34,636 nt of DNA from a virus (IMGVR_UViG_3300022777_000021:1-34636); one strand, 5' to 3'; counted from the stretch's first letter, positions 17,009 to 26,664 are shown. The notes: generated by a model not told the origin, from the sequence alone. Translations and numbers: made by a program.

Positions 17009-17147
17009 CGTTTTGTTCGGCGAATTTTTGAAACGCAAACCGCGTCGATAGTACGGCGATACGCACCCGTTCTTCCGCCGTGTCGCCCGGCTCAACCGTC
17101 CTATTGTATAGATGTTCCGCGAGGTCGTGCGGCGTGTCAAACTTCAT
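17001..17147 (-). CDS. Hypothetical protein (48 aa)
   Basis: MKFDTPHDLAEHLYNRTVEPG...; overlaps the next start. Confidence 0.55.
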   Translation of the reverse strand: MKFDTPHDLAEHLYNRTVEPGDTAEERVRIAVLSTRFAFQKFAEQNDE

Positions 17148-17155
17148 TGGTATAG

Positions 17156-17404
17156 TTAGCGATCCCTCAAGTTCCGCACGTCGGTCCCGTTGATCCCGAA
17201 CAGGTCAATCGCGCGCCGCCACAAGAACACGCGCGGATTGTCCGCCCCGGTGACGCGGGCCGTGTCGAGATTGTACTTGATAATCTCGGTGTCGCTAAAC
17301 CACGCCTCAAGGTCCGAACTATACGCCTCCTCGCGGGCACGCTGGCGCTGACGGTGCCAATCCGAGTCTATGGCACGCGCGCCGGGGGAGCGTCGGAATT
17401 GCAC
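17156..17404 (-). CDS. Hypothetical protein (82 aa)
   Basis: GTG start in cgcgt context with a TATA-like element ~28 nt upstream. Confidence 0.65.
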   Translation of the reverse strand: MQFRRSPGARAIDSDWHRQRQRAREEAYSSDLEAWFSDTEIIKYNLDTARVTGADNPRVFLWRRAIDLFGINGTDVRNLRDR

Positions 17405-17482
17405 ACGCGACCATTATGCCGCTTTCTACAAAGGTTTATGGGTCGCTACGCGGGCGGCGGCAAAAAGAAAGGGGCTACGGCG

Positions 17483-18709
17483 TTAGTCGTATGCCTCAAG
17501 GCCGTTCTGGTTGTCGTCGTCACGGACCACGCTCGGATCGTCGGGCGTCATGCCACACCGCACGCGAGCTATATCCGCATACTCGGGATTGCGTTCAATC
17601 CCGACGAACGCCCGGCCTAACTCCTTACACGCCATGCCCGTGGTGCCGCTCCCCGTGAACGGGTCCAACACGGTTTGGCCCTCTGCCGTGACGAGTGTGA
17701 CGAGCCATTCCATCAAGTCAACGGGTTTGACTGTCGGATGGGCGTTGTCAATCTTGCCGTCTAAGGTGCGCTCGGCTTTGGTGGCCTTTGAGGTATAGAA
17801 ATAGCGGGAGGGGCCGCCGCCGTCTTGATACTCGGGAGAGTCCTTTATCTCGTCGGACCCGCCGCCCCAAATGCCATTTGACCGTGTAACCGTATCGCCC
17901 GTTTCCAACTGCCCAACCTCCCGGTCCAACCGCTCGGCTTCCGTCTCGTCAAACACGACATTACTCGGGTAGCGGCCTTCTTGTGCCGGTGACGCGATGC
18001 CGGTGTCGCCTAACGATTCATCAACCCGTCCGTTGTACGTGTTGCCCCCAAATTCGGAACGATCGGTTGTTTTCTTGGGTTCGTTATGGTCAATCCGCGT
18101 CCCGTCAATATTCAGCGCGCCCGTCCCGTGCGTCTGGACGTTCTCGGCGACCGTGCCCTCACTAAGTGGCTTCCGGGCGACGACCACGTATTCAGTCGCG
18201 GGCTTGAGCGCGGTCTTGAACCCGTCCCACTCCTCGGCGGCGTCCGTGGGGGGGGCGGTTCGTTCAACTATCCCATCAGACCCGTATGAACCGTAGTCTG
18301 TCCCCGTGGCGGGGTTTGTTTTTTCTTCCCGAGTGACCACCTCCCGCTCGGCGTCGGCCTGCTTGTCTATCGCCTTACTCACGTCGAGCGCCTTCGGAAA
18401 CCCGCTTCCGTAGTGCCACGTAATCGTATCCCGAATCTCAAAGCCCGCGTCCTCCACGCCCGTAAACGCCCGGTGGTGCGTCCGGTTGCCCGAGAACGCA
18501 AGCAAGTGGCCGCCGGGTTTCAACACGCGTTTTACCTCACGCGCCCACCGTTCGCACCACTCCTGATAATCTTTCGGCTCAAAGTCGTCCCACGACCGAC
18601 CCATGAACGCGAGGCCATACGGCGGGTCGGTGACGACTGCGTGAACACTTTCGGCGTCAAGCCTCGGCAATACGTCAAACGCGTCGCCCGTGTGAATCTG
18701 GTTTTTCAC
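17483..18709 (-). CDS. N4-cytosine/N6-adenine DNA methyltransferase (beta class)
   Basis: TDPPY, HPTVKP and VLDPFTGSGTT motifs. Confidence 0.95.
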   Translation of the reverse strand: MKNQIHTGDAFDVLPRLDAESVHAVVTDPPYGLAFMGRSWDDFEPKDYQEWCERWAREVKRVLKPGGHLLAFSGNRTHHRAFTGVEDAGFEIRDTITWHYGSGFPKALDVSKAIDKQADAEREVVTREEKTNPATGTDYGSYGSDGIVERTAPPTDAAEEWDGFKTALKPATEYVVVARKPLSEGTVAENVQTHGTGALNIDGTRIDHNEPKKTTDRSEFGGNTYNGRVDESLGDTGIASPAQEGRYPSNVVFDETEAERLDREVGQLETGDTVTRSNGIWGGGSDEIKDSPEYQDGGGPSRYFYTSKATKAERTLDGKIDNAHPTVKPVDLMEWLVTLVTAEGQTVLDPFTGSGTTGMACKELGRAFVGIERNPEYADIARVRCGMTPDDPSVVRDDDNQNGLEAYD

Positions 18710-18759
18710 ACGCGTAGGTAACGCGCTATCACAAAAATAGTACCGACCGGGCTACGGCG

Positions 18760-20019
18760 TCAGAACTCGATGGTACTCGCTGCCCGGCCCTGCGAATACT
18801 GCGCGTCCACGAAAATACGCGCGTTGACGCCCGTAATATCCCGAATCGGGTCCTCGTAGTCCTTCACCTCAACATCCTGCCCGTTCGGCGCGTACAGAAT
18901 CGTGTGGATGTTGTCGCGGTCGTACACAACCGCGCCCTTCTCGCCGTCCGCGTTGAAGCCCCACGTCTCGGAGCCGGCGGTCCAACCGGGGTCGGTGCCG
19001 TCCGGGTAGGTCGCGCCCGACATGGCGGCGTGCATATCGAGGCCCGCAATGTCGCCGATAATCGGTGCGTCCTCGCGGTTGCGAAGCACCTCGTTGGTGC
19101 CCGCGCGGTTGGCGAACGACAGGTTCGTGTCGTTGAACAGGACCGTCCGGTATTCGGGATGGGTGACGTAGGTATCCGGCCGGAAGTCGTTCTTATCAAC
19201 CTCGCCGACCGCCTCGTTGAGCGCGTTGTAGCCCTGATCCGTGCCGGCGGTGTCGTGGTTGGCCCGCGCGTCGTCAACCAGTTCCTCAAGGAACACGCGA
19301 TTGATCGCGTTCTCGACCGAGGCACCAACGCGCTGGATGTTGCGCTCAATCAGGTCAACCATGGCCTGATCGCGCATGGCGTCGGTGACGCGGCTCCCCT
19401 GCGTGACCTTCGTACAGTTCCACTCGACCGTGGTGTAGTCCTCACCGTTGTCGCGGATTTCCGCGCCCTGCGCGGTCGGCCGGGCAAACTCCTCGTCCGA
19501 GGCAACCGTCACGTCCCCGACGCGGGTGGACGCGTTAATGACGTTGGACGCGTCGCGGGCCACCTTGCGGAGTTCGCGGCCCTCCATGATAACCTCAAGG
19601 AGCTGTTCGCGGAATAGCGTGTCCACCTCCTCGGGGTCGGACGTGGCAAACAGCATCCGCGGGATGGCGTCGTCAAGCCGTGCCTCAATCACGTCGCCGT
19701 CCTCCTCAAGATGCTTGCTGCTCTTGAGCGTCTTGGGGAGCGCCGTGGAGTCGGCGTTAAGCGCGTAGTCCTTGAGCGTGCGGTGCCGGTCGGTGCCCGC
19801 TTCGGCGCGGGCCGTCCGGCTCATTTCTGCCTCAAGCGTGCGGTTCGGGTTGCCCTGAAGGAAACTGTAATCGCCCTTGTTGCCGCCGGGCCACACCTTC
19901 GCAACCTCCTTCGCGGTTACGTCGGAGTTGCGGAGGCCGGCCTCCATGAGCATCTTGAAACGCCAATTCCCGCTCTTGCCGTGTTGCTGAAGTTTGTTTC
20001 GGGCTGCTTCGGTGGACAT
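18760..20019 (-). CDS. Major capsid protein (HK97 fold)
   Basis: 419 aa after the protease and decoration genes; GAEI, DLIERNI, PDTYVTHP and YEDPIRD motifs. Confidence 0.9.
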   Translation of the reverse strand: MSTEAARNKLQQHGKSGNWRFKMLMEAGLRNSDVTAKEVAKVWPGGNKGDYSFLQGNPNRTLEAEMSRTARAEAGTDRHRTLKDYALNADSTALPKTLKSSKHLEEDGDVIEARLDDAIPRMLFATSDPEEVDTLFREQLLEVIMEGRELRKVARDASNVINASTRVGDVTVASDEEFARPTAQGAEIRDNGEDYTTVEWNCTKVTQGSRVTDAMRDQAMVDLIERNIQRVGASVENAINRVFLEELVDDARANHDTAGTDQGYNALNEAVGEVDKNDFRPDTYVTHPEYRTVLFNDTNLSFANRAGTNEVLRNREDAPIIGDIAGLDMHAAMSGATYPDGTDPGWTAGSETWGFNADGEKGAVVYDRDNIHTILYAPNGQDVEVKDYEDPIRDITGVNARIFVDAQYSQGRAASTIEF

Positions 20020-20432
20020 TAGGCAGTCACCCCCTGAACGGCGAAGATATACGCCTCCACGGTATCACTCGCGGACCCGCCCTCCTGCGCGATTGCGACG
20101 CCGCTACTCCCGGTCGACGTGGCAACGGTTTCAAACTCGCCCGATCCATCGGGGAGGAGTTCGTCGCCCGCGCTTACCGTTTCGGACACGGGAATGTCAA
20201 CCTCGCAGTCGTCGCCGGCAAGGGCAACCTCCTCGCCGTCCGCTACGTCATACAGCACGACGCCGAGAAAGTCGCCCTCGCCTGCGGTACTCGGTTCAAC
20301 TTCATAGTCGCCGCTCACACCAACCGGCTCGCCAGCGGTAAGCGCGCCGTTGGCGTTATAGCCCCGGATTTCCTCGCCGGAAATCAGGACTTCAGTCTGG
20401 AAGGTGTGTTCTCCCTGTGTTTCAGTGGGCAT
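20019..20432 (-). CDS. Capsid decoration/cement protein
   Basis: ALTAGEPV...FLGVVLYDVADGEEV...SAGD...GVAI pattern; directly before the MCP. Confidence 0.8.
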   Translation of the reverse strand: MPTETQGEHTFQTEVLISGEEIRGYNANGALTAGEPVGVSGDYEVEPSTAGEGDFLGVVLYDVADGEEVALAGDDCEVDIPVSETVSAGDELLPDGSGEFETVATSTGSSGVAIAQEGGSASDTVEAYIFAVQGVTA

Positions 20433-20485
20433 GATTCTACCTCACCGTATGACGTGCTACCTAAAAAGTAAGGTGCTACTGCGAC

Positions 20486-20524
20486 GGCCGACGCCACCCT
20501 ATCGGGCGGCATGAAAGCCCGGCC
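20486..20524 (-). terminator. Hairpin after the protease gene
   Basis: ggccgg...gccgccc-gata-gggtggc...tcggcc right at the stop codon; function inferred. Confidence 0.35.
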
Positions 20525-22116
20525 TACCAGCCGTCAGAGGTGGCCGGCGTGGTATCGTACTGCGGCTCAAAGTCCGGCTCATCGTCCACGTCGGTCAGGG
20601 TTCGCGCCTCCTCACCGCGCTCCTCAAGCTGTTCAAGCCGGCGGTCAATCTCGTCAACCGTGTCGGCCGCGGCGAGTTCGTTGCCCTTCGCCTCGGCGAG
20701 TTCGGCCTGAAGCTCCTCGTCGGTCATGGCGTTCGCAACCATGTCCTCAAGGTCTTCAAGCCGCGACGCGAGGTTTTGGACGCGATCCTGAACGGCGTCT
20801 ATGTCGTCGTTCATGCCGTCGTCGGCTTCCATTTCCGCGTCCTCCTCCTCGTCCTCGTCGTCCTCCTCGCCGTCATGGCTTTCCATTTCCATGTCGCCGT
20901 CACCCTCAAGTTCGTCCATGAGGTCGCCGTGAAGGTCTTCGGCCATGTCCATCACCTCGGCGTCGTCAAGGTCGTCGGTATCAAGGCCGAACATATCGAG
21001 GATTTCGCGCACTTCGCCGGGGTCCGCTTCAAGGATTTTCGGAGCCATACGCGCCCCTTGACGCGTAAGGGCCTTAGCGTTGGTGCCACTCATGGCAATC
21101 GGCCGGCGGGCCGCCTCGCGCGCGAAGTTCACGCTCTTTGACGCGGGGTCCATGACGAGCGCCACGCCGGTTAGGAGGCCCCCATCAACGCGCGGCATAT
21201 CGCGCTGCGGGTCGTGCGATTGCTTGAGGCCACGCGCCGGGATTTCCACACTCGGCCCACCAAAGCCAACGGTGCCCTCCTTTTCAAGCGTGCTTTGAAG
21301 ATTCTCGTCGGCGAATTGCCCCGCCCCGGTCGCCGTATCAAGCACAAGGTCGCCGTAGAGATTGCCGTCGTCGTCGGTGTCGAGACTGTCGGGATCAATA
21401 TGCCCCGCCACCGACGCCTCATGCGCTTTCCACTCGTCGGTATCAAGGTCATGCATGATATTGAGCGGCGGGCCGTCATGCGCAGACTCGTCAAAGTCCG
21501 GCTCAAGCGCGGCGATCCCCTCGGGCGGGTAGAATGTCTCGGTTTGGCTACCGGCGTCGGCCCAAATGCCGGGACTCAAGAGCTTGACGTTGGTGTACCG
21601 CACGGTGTTATCGCCCGCTTCCACGCGCTCAATCGGCTCGGACTCTAAGGACTTGAGCGTGAGATACGACGCATCCGAGGAGAGGATAGACGCGGGGGCG
21701 TCCACCGACTCAACTTGAACGCACGTGTCGCCGATTTGGACCGCGCCCTCGCCGCACCGGTCGTCTGACGCGGCAAGGTTAGCGGGGTCGGCGTCCTCCT
21801 CGGGCACGCAGTTCGGCACGGTTTGGCCGTTTTGCTTTTTCGTCCCGACCATGACCCAACCATCTTGGCATGGGTCTTCGTCTAAGAGGCGGTCGCTGAA
21901 CCCCTCGGCGGCTTTGATCGCCTCGCGGTCAGAGTCGGACAGGGCGGCCGCGCCCTCAATCTGTCGCAGGTACGTGGCGACAAGCGCCTTCTCGCCCGCG
22001 TCGGAGAGTTCACCCGCGTTCGCCTGCGCGTTACAAATGGCGAACGCGCGGCTTTCGCTCATGTCGGGGTTATCATCCATGACGGACTTGACACACTCGT
22101 CAACTTTCTCGGGCAT
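20524..22116 (-). CDS. Prohead protease/scaffold with Cys-motif N-terminal extensions
   Basis: LLSPGIW, NIMH, GPSVEI and GVALVMDPAS protease motifs; acidic coiled-coil C-terminus. Confidence 0.8.
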   Translation of the reverse strand: MPEKVDECVKSVMDDNPDMSESRAFAICNAQANAGELSDAGEKALVATYLRQIEGAAALSDSDREAIKAAEGFSDRLLDEDPCQDGWVMVGTKKQNGQTVPNCVPEEDADPANLAASDDRCGEGAVQIGDTCVQVESVDAPASILSSDASYLTLKSLESEPIERVEAGDNTVRYTNVKLLSPGIWADAGSQTETFYPPEGIAALEPDFDESAHDGPPLNIMHDLDTDEWKAHEASVAGHIDPDSLDTDDDGNLYGDLVLDTATGAGQFADENLQSTLEKEGTVGFGGPSVEIPARGLKQSHDPQRDMPRVDGGLLTGVALVMDPASKSVNFAREAARRPIAMSGTNAKALTRQGARMAPKILEADPGEVREILDMFGLDTDDLDDAEVMDMAEDLHGDLMDELEGDGDMEMESHDGEEDDEDEEEDAEMEADDGMNDDIDAVQDRVQNLASRLEDLEDMVANAMTDEELQAELAEAKGNELAAADTVDEIDRRLEQLEERGEEARTLTDVDDEPDFEPQYDTTPATSDGW

Positions 22117-22311
22117 CTATTCGTCCCCCGCGCGATTGAGGTAGATGGCCGCCTCCCGATAGTTGCCCTCGGCGGCGGCGTCCTTTGCTTTCGTCACATA
22201 CGCGCTGTCACTCCCGAGGTCATGGTCGGCGAGAATGTCGAGAATCGCGTCGGCTTTGGCGTCGCCAATCCCGTCTATGGTCTTGAGGTCGTCGCGCAGG
22301 TCGTCGCTCAT
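22117..22311 (-). CDS. Helix-hairpin-helix small protein
   Basis: LKTIDGIGDAKADAIL. Confidence 0.8.
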   Translation of the reverse strand: MSDDLRDDLKTIDGIGDAKADAILDILADHDLGSDSAYVTKAKDAAAEGNYREAAIYLNRAGDE

Positions 22312-22334
22312 ACCCGCGACAAGGCGGGCCGTCG

Positions 22335-22348
22335 CCTAAGCGTTTGGG
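22335..22348 (-). promoter_or_regulatory. Conserved late promoter CCCAAACGCTTAGG
   Basis: 24 nt before the ATG at 22311. Confidence 0.75.
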
Positions 22349-22654
22349 CTATTCGGGGAACATGGTTGCGAACTCGTCTAACTGTTGGCGTGCGTGTCCA
22401 TTTGGCTGAACGATACACCCGATCATACCCTCCTCACCCATGCCCTTCCAATCAACGTGACCCTGTGGGTCGTGGAGTGCGAGCGTGTCAATCTCGCTGT
22501 CGCCGTCAAATGCTGCACGCGCGCACTCCGGGGAGCAATATACGTCCTCGCGGTTTACAGCAATCGCGCTCATGTCCCACGGAGTCGGGTGGTCGCATTC
22601 CTCACGGTTACAATCGCCGCCGAATGCGTCAACCGGCACACCGTCGTTACTCAT
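22349..22654 (-). CDS. Cys-motif (TRASH-like) protein
   Basis: CNREEC...VYCSPECA. Confidence 0.7.
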   Translation of the reverse strand: MSNDGVPVDAFGGDCNREECDHPTPWDMSAIAVNREDVYCSPECARAAFDGDSEIDTLALHDPQGHVDWKGMGEEGMIGCIVQPNGHARQQLDEFATMFPE

Positions 22655-22820
22655 CGGTGTGGTCCTCTATTAGTTTTTCAAGGTCTACCGCACTCCGTTC
22701 TCTCCCCGTTGCGATTCCACCGTGAACGTTTAGGGGCTTGTCTTTGTTCGCTTCGGCGCGAGCGCGGTAATGTTCTACCAACTCTCGGAGTTCATCAACC
22801 GGGATACTGTCGTCATTCAT
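22647..22820 (-). CDS. Small DDSIPV-family protein, copy 1 (57 aa)
   Basis: MNDDSIPVDELRELVE...SAVDLEKLIEDHTDE; paralog of 26773-26925. Confidence 0.75.
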   Translation of the reverse strand: MNDDSIPVDELRELVEHYRARAEANKDKPLNVHGGIATGRERSAVDLEKLIEDHTDE

Positions 22821-22947
22821 TTTGCTCTACCTTCATACCTTTGTCCACAAGTTCCCGAACGCGCTCACTCACGTTATCGCCGTCGCTCATGGTCGCAACG
22901 ATATACTGATACTGCCCGCGGTCAAAGTTTACCGTTTGGCTTACCAT
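22813..22947 (-). CDS. RHH regulator (44 aa)
   Basis: MVSQTVNFDRGQYQYI...NVSERVRELVDKG; preceded by the inverted repeat gtgtgttgt/acaacacac (22951-22975). Confidence 0.7.
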   Translation of the reverse strand: MVSQTVNFDRGQYQYIVATMSDGDNVSERVRELVDKGMKVEQNE

Positions 22948-22988
22948 TGCGTGTGTTGTTACAACTACAACACACTAAAAGATACCGA

Positions 22989-25900
22989 TTAAACTCCCGG
23001 CGGCGCTTTCGCAAACGTGCTGCGCTCGTTGATATGGATTACCCACGAATCCGCCCGGACCATGCTCGTCGGTATGTCGTCGTCTTGTTCCGCCGCGTCG
23101 GTAAGCATATCGCGCAGTTCGTTCATCGGCACGGGGTCGCCACCGTGGAACGGGTTTGTCTGTCGAATCAACCACTCACACGCTTCCGTCTGTCGGGCGT
23201 CGCCGGGGTCTGCGCCGGTCCAATAGAATAGTTCGTCGCCCTCGCCACGCTGCTCATAGCCGAGTTCGCGCGCCTTGTTGAGTGCCGCACTACTTTCGGT
23301 GCGCGCGATCCGTTCCGCGTCGTCACGCGACAGGTCGGCAAAGTCCATGAGGTTGTCCGTCAGACTATCCAGCGTAAAGTCGTCGGTCCCGAGGGCGTCG
23401 GCGAACTCTTGCCGAAAGTCCATGATTCGCCCGTCGTCAATCCCGTCAAACTGTGCGAACGTCGCGCCGCCCATGATTGCCTCCCGAATCCGCTCTAAGA
23501 CGAACTCGGGCGTGTCCGACGCCGCAAAGGAGACGAGTGTCCGACCCATGTCGGCGTCGGGGTCGGACACGCCACGGAACATTTCAAGGAGGGGGCGGTC
23601 CCACTCCGGGGCGTGGGCAAGGTCGTCGTCGGTGACGCCCTCGCCGAGACACCTAAAATCCGTCTCACCCGAGAGGGCAGCGTTCTCTCGCGCCCGGTCG
23701 AACTGGTCGCTCTTGCGCTCGGCCCACGCGATCCCTTCGTCGCCGCCCCATGCCTTCCACATCATCCACCCACAATCGGCGCGGCCGTCCTCGCCTTGGG
23801 CCTTGTTGTCTTCGTGGCGAGCGAACGACGCCATGCGCTCAATCGTGTCCTCACTCAAGTCCTCGCCGTTCGCCAACTGGTTCGCGCGTTCCCACCCGAC
23901 CTGCGTGCCACAGTCGTTTGGGTTGTCGGTGTCCTCCCGCGCGTCGAGCGCCATGCGCGCGTTCTCTTGGGCCGCGTCGGGATAGTCGCCCGTGTCTATG
24001 TCTGAAATATCCTGTAGCTCGCGCTCACCGTTGCCGGCGGGCAACACTTTGACCGTGTGGTCGGCGACGGAAATATCCGTCTCGGCGACCGTCCGGCGCA
24101 CAAGGATTTCGGCCACATCAAGCGCGATATGTGACAACTCAACGCGGCCGGTATCAAGGTAGAATCGCGTTTCGTTGTGATACCCCGTCGCGTCAATTCC
24201 GGCGACGAACCCGTAGAGCCGTTCAATCTCGGCCACTTGCTCGTCAGACAGTCGCTCGGAGAGTCTGAAACACGGTTGAAGCGTCTGGTCGTCAACTGAC
24301 CCCGCGGCAAACAGCGTTGATTTGCCCGCGTTGCCGGCCGTCTCATGGGCGGCCGACTCCGATACGTCAAGCATCGGGTGGGGCATATTCGTTGCGTCGT
24401 CGCCGGCGAACGTGAACAGCAGTCCGCTCGGCGTTGCCCGCGTCTCAAAGGGGAGCGAATCAACCCCAGCGGCGTCGGCGGCCGCGTCGGTGATTGGCTC
24501 TATCTGCCCGTCAACGGATTCGCTCGTTGGCGTGTGAAAGGCTACCCGCGGGTCGCCGTTGGCGGGTCGATCCACCGCGGCGAGCGTGCGACCGGTCGTG
24601 TCACGCTCCGGGACGCTGATTTGTTCTCGGAGTTCTCGACCGTCAAGTTGCTGGTCGACCGCTTGTTCTGCCCGATCTTCAAACAGCCCCGCGAGCGGGT
24701 CGCCCTCTTGTGCGTCGCCCTTCTCGGCGGCTTCAATATCGGCCGGGCTACGGTATGAGTCGGCCACCTCGTCGTCTTCGGGTTCGGGAAGGTCAAGCCG
24801 GCGGCGTTTCTCGGCGTTAGTCATGTGGTCGCCCACCTTCTGGATTAGGTCGGCCGTCTCACCAATATCCTCAAGCGGGCTGTCAATCCGCAAGGTGATA
24901 TTAGCCGTGTGGTCAAACGGTGAGTAGTCCCGAACCACCGGGCGCACGACTTTCTCGACAAACTGCGTGCTAAAGGATCGCTGGTTGGCTTGAATCGCTA
25001 ACTTGAGCAACGCAAAGCGCAACTCCGCGGGCTTGCCACTCCCCAACCCATCGGACCCGACGTTGCCCGCCTCAAGCGGCAAGCCCAACGCGGTCGTGAG
25101 ATTCCGCATGTCCATTTCGTGAATCGCCTCAAAATCAAAGTTCTCGGCTTCAAGCGTCTCTACGTCCACGTCTTGCCCGGTGAAATACGCGGTGTTCGCG
25201 TCCGTCGAACGCGGGTCAAACAGCGACCGAACGCGCCGGAGGTCGTCGTCACGCACGGGCGCACCCTCCTCCCGCCCGACTTTGATATGTCGCTGGGGGA
25301 AGCCGTGGAGTTCAATCGCGTTGTTAATCGCCTGTTCGTTCTCTTTGAACGCCCGAATCTCGTCGTCGTTCCGTAGCACCTCACTAATGCCGGTCTTGTC
25401 GCGGGCGCTTTCTTTGTTGAGAACGATATTCGTGAGCGCGTCGGCGTTCAGCGTCTGTTCCTTCTGGTGGCCGTTTTGTCGCACTTGTTGCTGCCACGCG
25501 ATAATCTCGCCTTTGCCGTTCGTCTTGGGGAGGACGGTCCACGGTTCGGCGGGCAGGAACTCGGAGAACCCGCCGGCTTGTGTCTCGCGGATTTCGCCCA
25601 CGGCCGCGGGATACCAGAGCGCGTCTTTGCCGAGTTCAAGGACTTGCCCGTCTATGTACGGGAATTGAAGCTCCAACCAGTCTTTGAGCGTCATCGGCTC
25701 GCCGTCAACGGGCTGTTCCGTCTCCTCGTTATCTTCTACGGCGAACTCCGCCCCTTCTCCGAAATTGAGACGGGCCTTGTGGTCCATCAACTGCGCGATT
25801 TGCCCGCCCGAGTCGCGCAAGTCCTTAATGTCGCGTAATTCCTCAAAGCCAACCTCTTGCCCGTCAAACGAGTAGCCCGTGCCTGCGCCCGCGCTATCAA

Positions 25901-26006
25901 CGGCCGTCTGTGGGTCGGCGTCTTGGAGCGCCCGGCGCTTTGAGCGAAGGTACTCGTTCGCGTAGCCGGCGAGATTGCGAAAGAATCCGGCGGAGTCGTT
26001 TGGCAT
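22989..26006 (-). CDS. Portal protein fused to extra domains and a MuF (gp7-like) head morphogenesis domain (1005 aa)
   Basis: N-terminal portal-like region ending in MTNAEKRRRLDL; C-terminal AERIARTES...DARQTEAC MuF motif. Confidence 0.85.
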   Translation of the reverse strand: MPNDSAGFFRNLAGYANEYLRSKRRALQDADPQTAVDSAGAGTGYSFDGQEVGFEELRDIKDLRDSGGQIAQLMDHKARLNFGEGAEFAVEDNEETEQPVDGEPMTLKDWLELQFPYIDGQVLELGKDALWYPAAVGEIRETQAGGFSEFLPAEPWTVLPKTNGKGEIIAWQQQVRQNGHQKEQTLNADALTNIVLNKESARDKTGISEVLRNDDEIRAFKENEQAINNAIELHGFPQRHIKVGREEGAPVRDDDLRRVRSLFDPRSTDANTAYFTGQDVDVETLEAENFDFEAIHEMDMRNLTTALGLPLEAGNVGSDGLGSGKPAELRFALLKLAIQANQRSFSTQFVEKVVRPVVRDYSPFDHTANITLRIDSPLEDIGETADLIQKVGDHMTNAEKRRRLDLPEPEDDEVADSYRSPADIEAAEKGDAQEGDPLAGLFEDRAEQAVDQQLDGRELREQISVPERDTTGRTLAAVDRPANGDPRVAFHTPTSESVDGQIEPITDAAADAAGVDSLPFETRATPSGLLFTFAGDDATNMPHPMLDVSESAAHETAGNAGKSTLFAAGSVDDQTLQPCFRLSERLSDEQVAEIERLYGFVAGIDATGYHNETRFYLDTGRVELSHIALDVAEILVRRTVAETDISVADHTVKVLPAGNGERELQDISDIDTGDYPDAAQENARMALDAREDTDNPNDCGTQVGWERANQLANGEDLSEDTIERMASFARHEDNKAQGEDGRADCGWMMWKAWGGDEGIAWAERKSDQFDRARENAALSGETDFRCLGEGVTDDDLAHAPEWDRPLLEMFRGVSDPDADMGRTLVSFAASDTPEFVLERIREAIMGGATFAQFDGIDDGRIMDFRQEFADALGTDDFTLDSLTDNLMDFADLSRDDAERIARTESSAALNKARELGYEQRGEGDELFYWTGADPGDARQTEACEWLIRQTNPFHGGDPVPMNELRDMLTDAAEQDDDIPTSMVRADSWVIHINERSTFAKAPPGV

Positions 26007-26029
26007 GGGCGTGTCTTAACCGCCCGGTG

Positions 26030-26043
26030 CCTAAGCGTTTGGG
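26030..26043 (-). promoter_or_regulatory. Conserved late promoter CCCAAACGCTTAGG
   Basis: 24 nt before the portal ATG. Confidence 0.75.
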
Positions 26044-26664
26044 CTATACAAGCGTCGTCTGTCGGTCGGACGTTGCCGCGTCAAAGACGTGCTTACCTAA
26101 GCTCGGGTGGACGCAATTGCGGAGCATCTTGCGCTTCTTGTGACTCGGTAACTCATGGCCGGACAAGTCAAAGCCGTATATCTCACCCATTTCCGATATA
26201 CTTGATTGTTCAATATTCGGCGCGTCAAAGTCAACGTTTGCGATATAGAAGTTTGACCAAAAGTAGTGCCGCATGACTTTTTGCGGGTTGATAAGCGGAT
26301 CGTACCACGACTTGACGTTCTCGACAACATAATCTCCGGCAAAATAACCCTTGAGGAATAGGATTTCCTCATAGAGCTTCATGTCGGGGTACTTCGGATC
26401 GTTTTGTTGCCCCGGCCTAGACGTGATTTTACGTATCTTGCTATGCGTGGGGCACGGCGGCGACGCCCATATGAAATCATACTCGTCGTAATGTTCTAAG
26501 AGGTATTCGTGCGCGTCGGTTACTACTACGTCGTCGTCGGGGAAGTGATCGCGGTACACTTCCGCCTTGTCTTCGTCCCACTCCACGGCCGTCACGTCCA
26601 CGTCGGTCCAAAGCTTGCGGTTGCCACCGATACCGGCGTACAGGTTGAGTACCTTAGTCGTCAT
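26044..26664 (-). CDS. Compact C5-cytosine DNA methyltransferase (206 aa)
   Basis: LNLYAGIGG, ASPPC, ENV, RHYFW and RNCV motifs; ATG at 26664. Confidence 0.9.
   Translation of the reverse strand: MTTKVLNLYAGIGGNRKLWTDVDVTAVEWDEDKAEVYRDHFPDDDVVVTDAHEYLLEHYDEYDFIWASPPCPTHSKIRKITSRPGQQNDPKYPDMKLYEEILFLKGYFAGDYVVENVKSWYDPLINPQKVMRHYFWSNFYIANVDFDAPNIEQSSISEMGEIYGFDLSGHELPSHKKRKMLRNCVHPSLGKHVFDAATSDRQTTLV

Noticed and set aside
24170-24230. FVAGIDATG in the portal insert as a LAGLIDADG/intein signature
   Set aside because: Weak match only; no second motif and no intein C-terminal HN-C/S/T splice motif seen.
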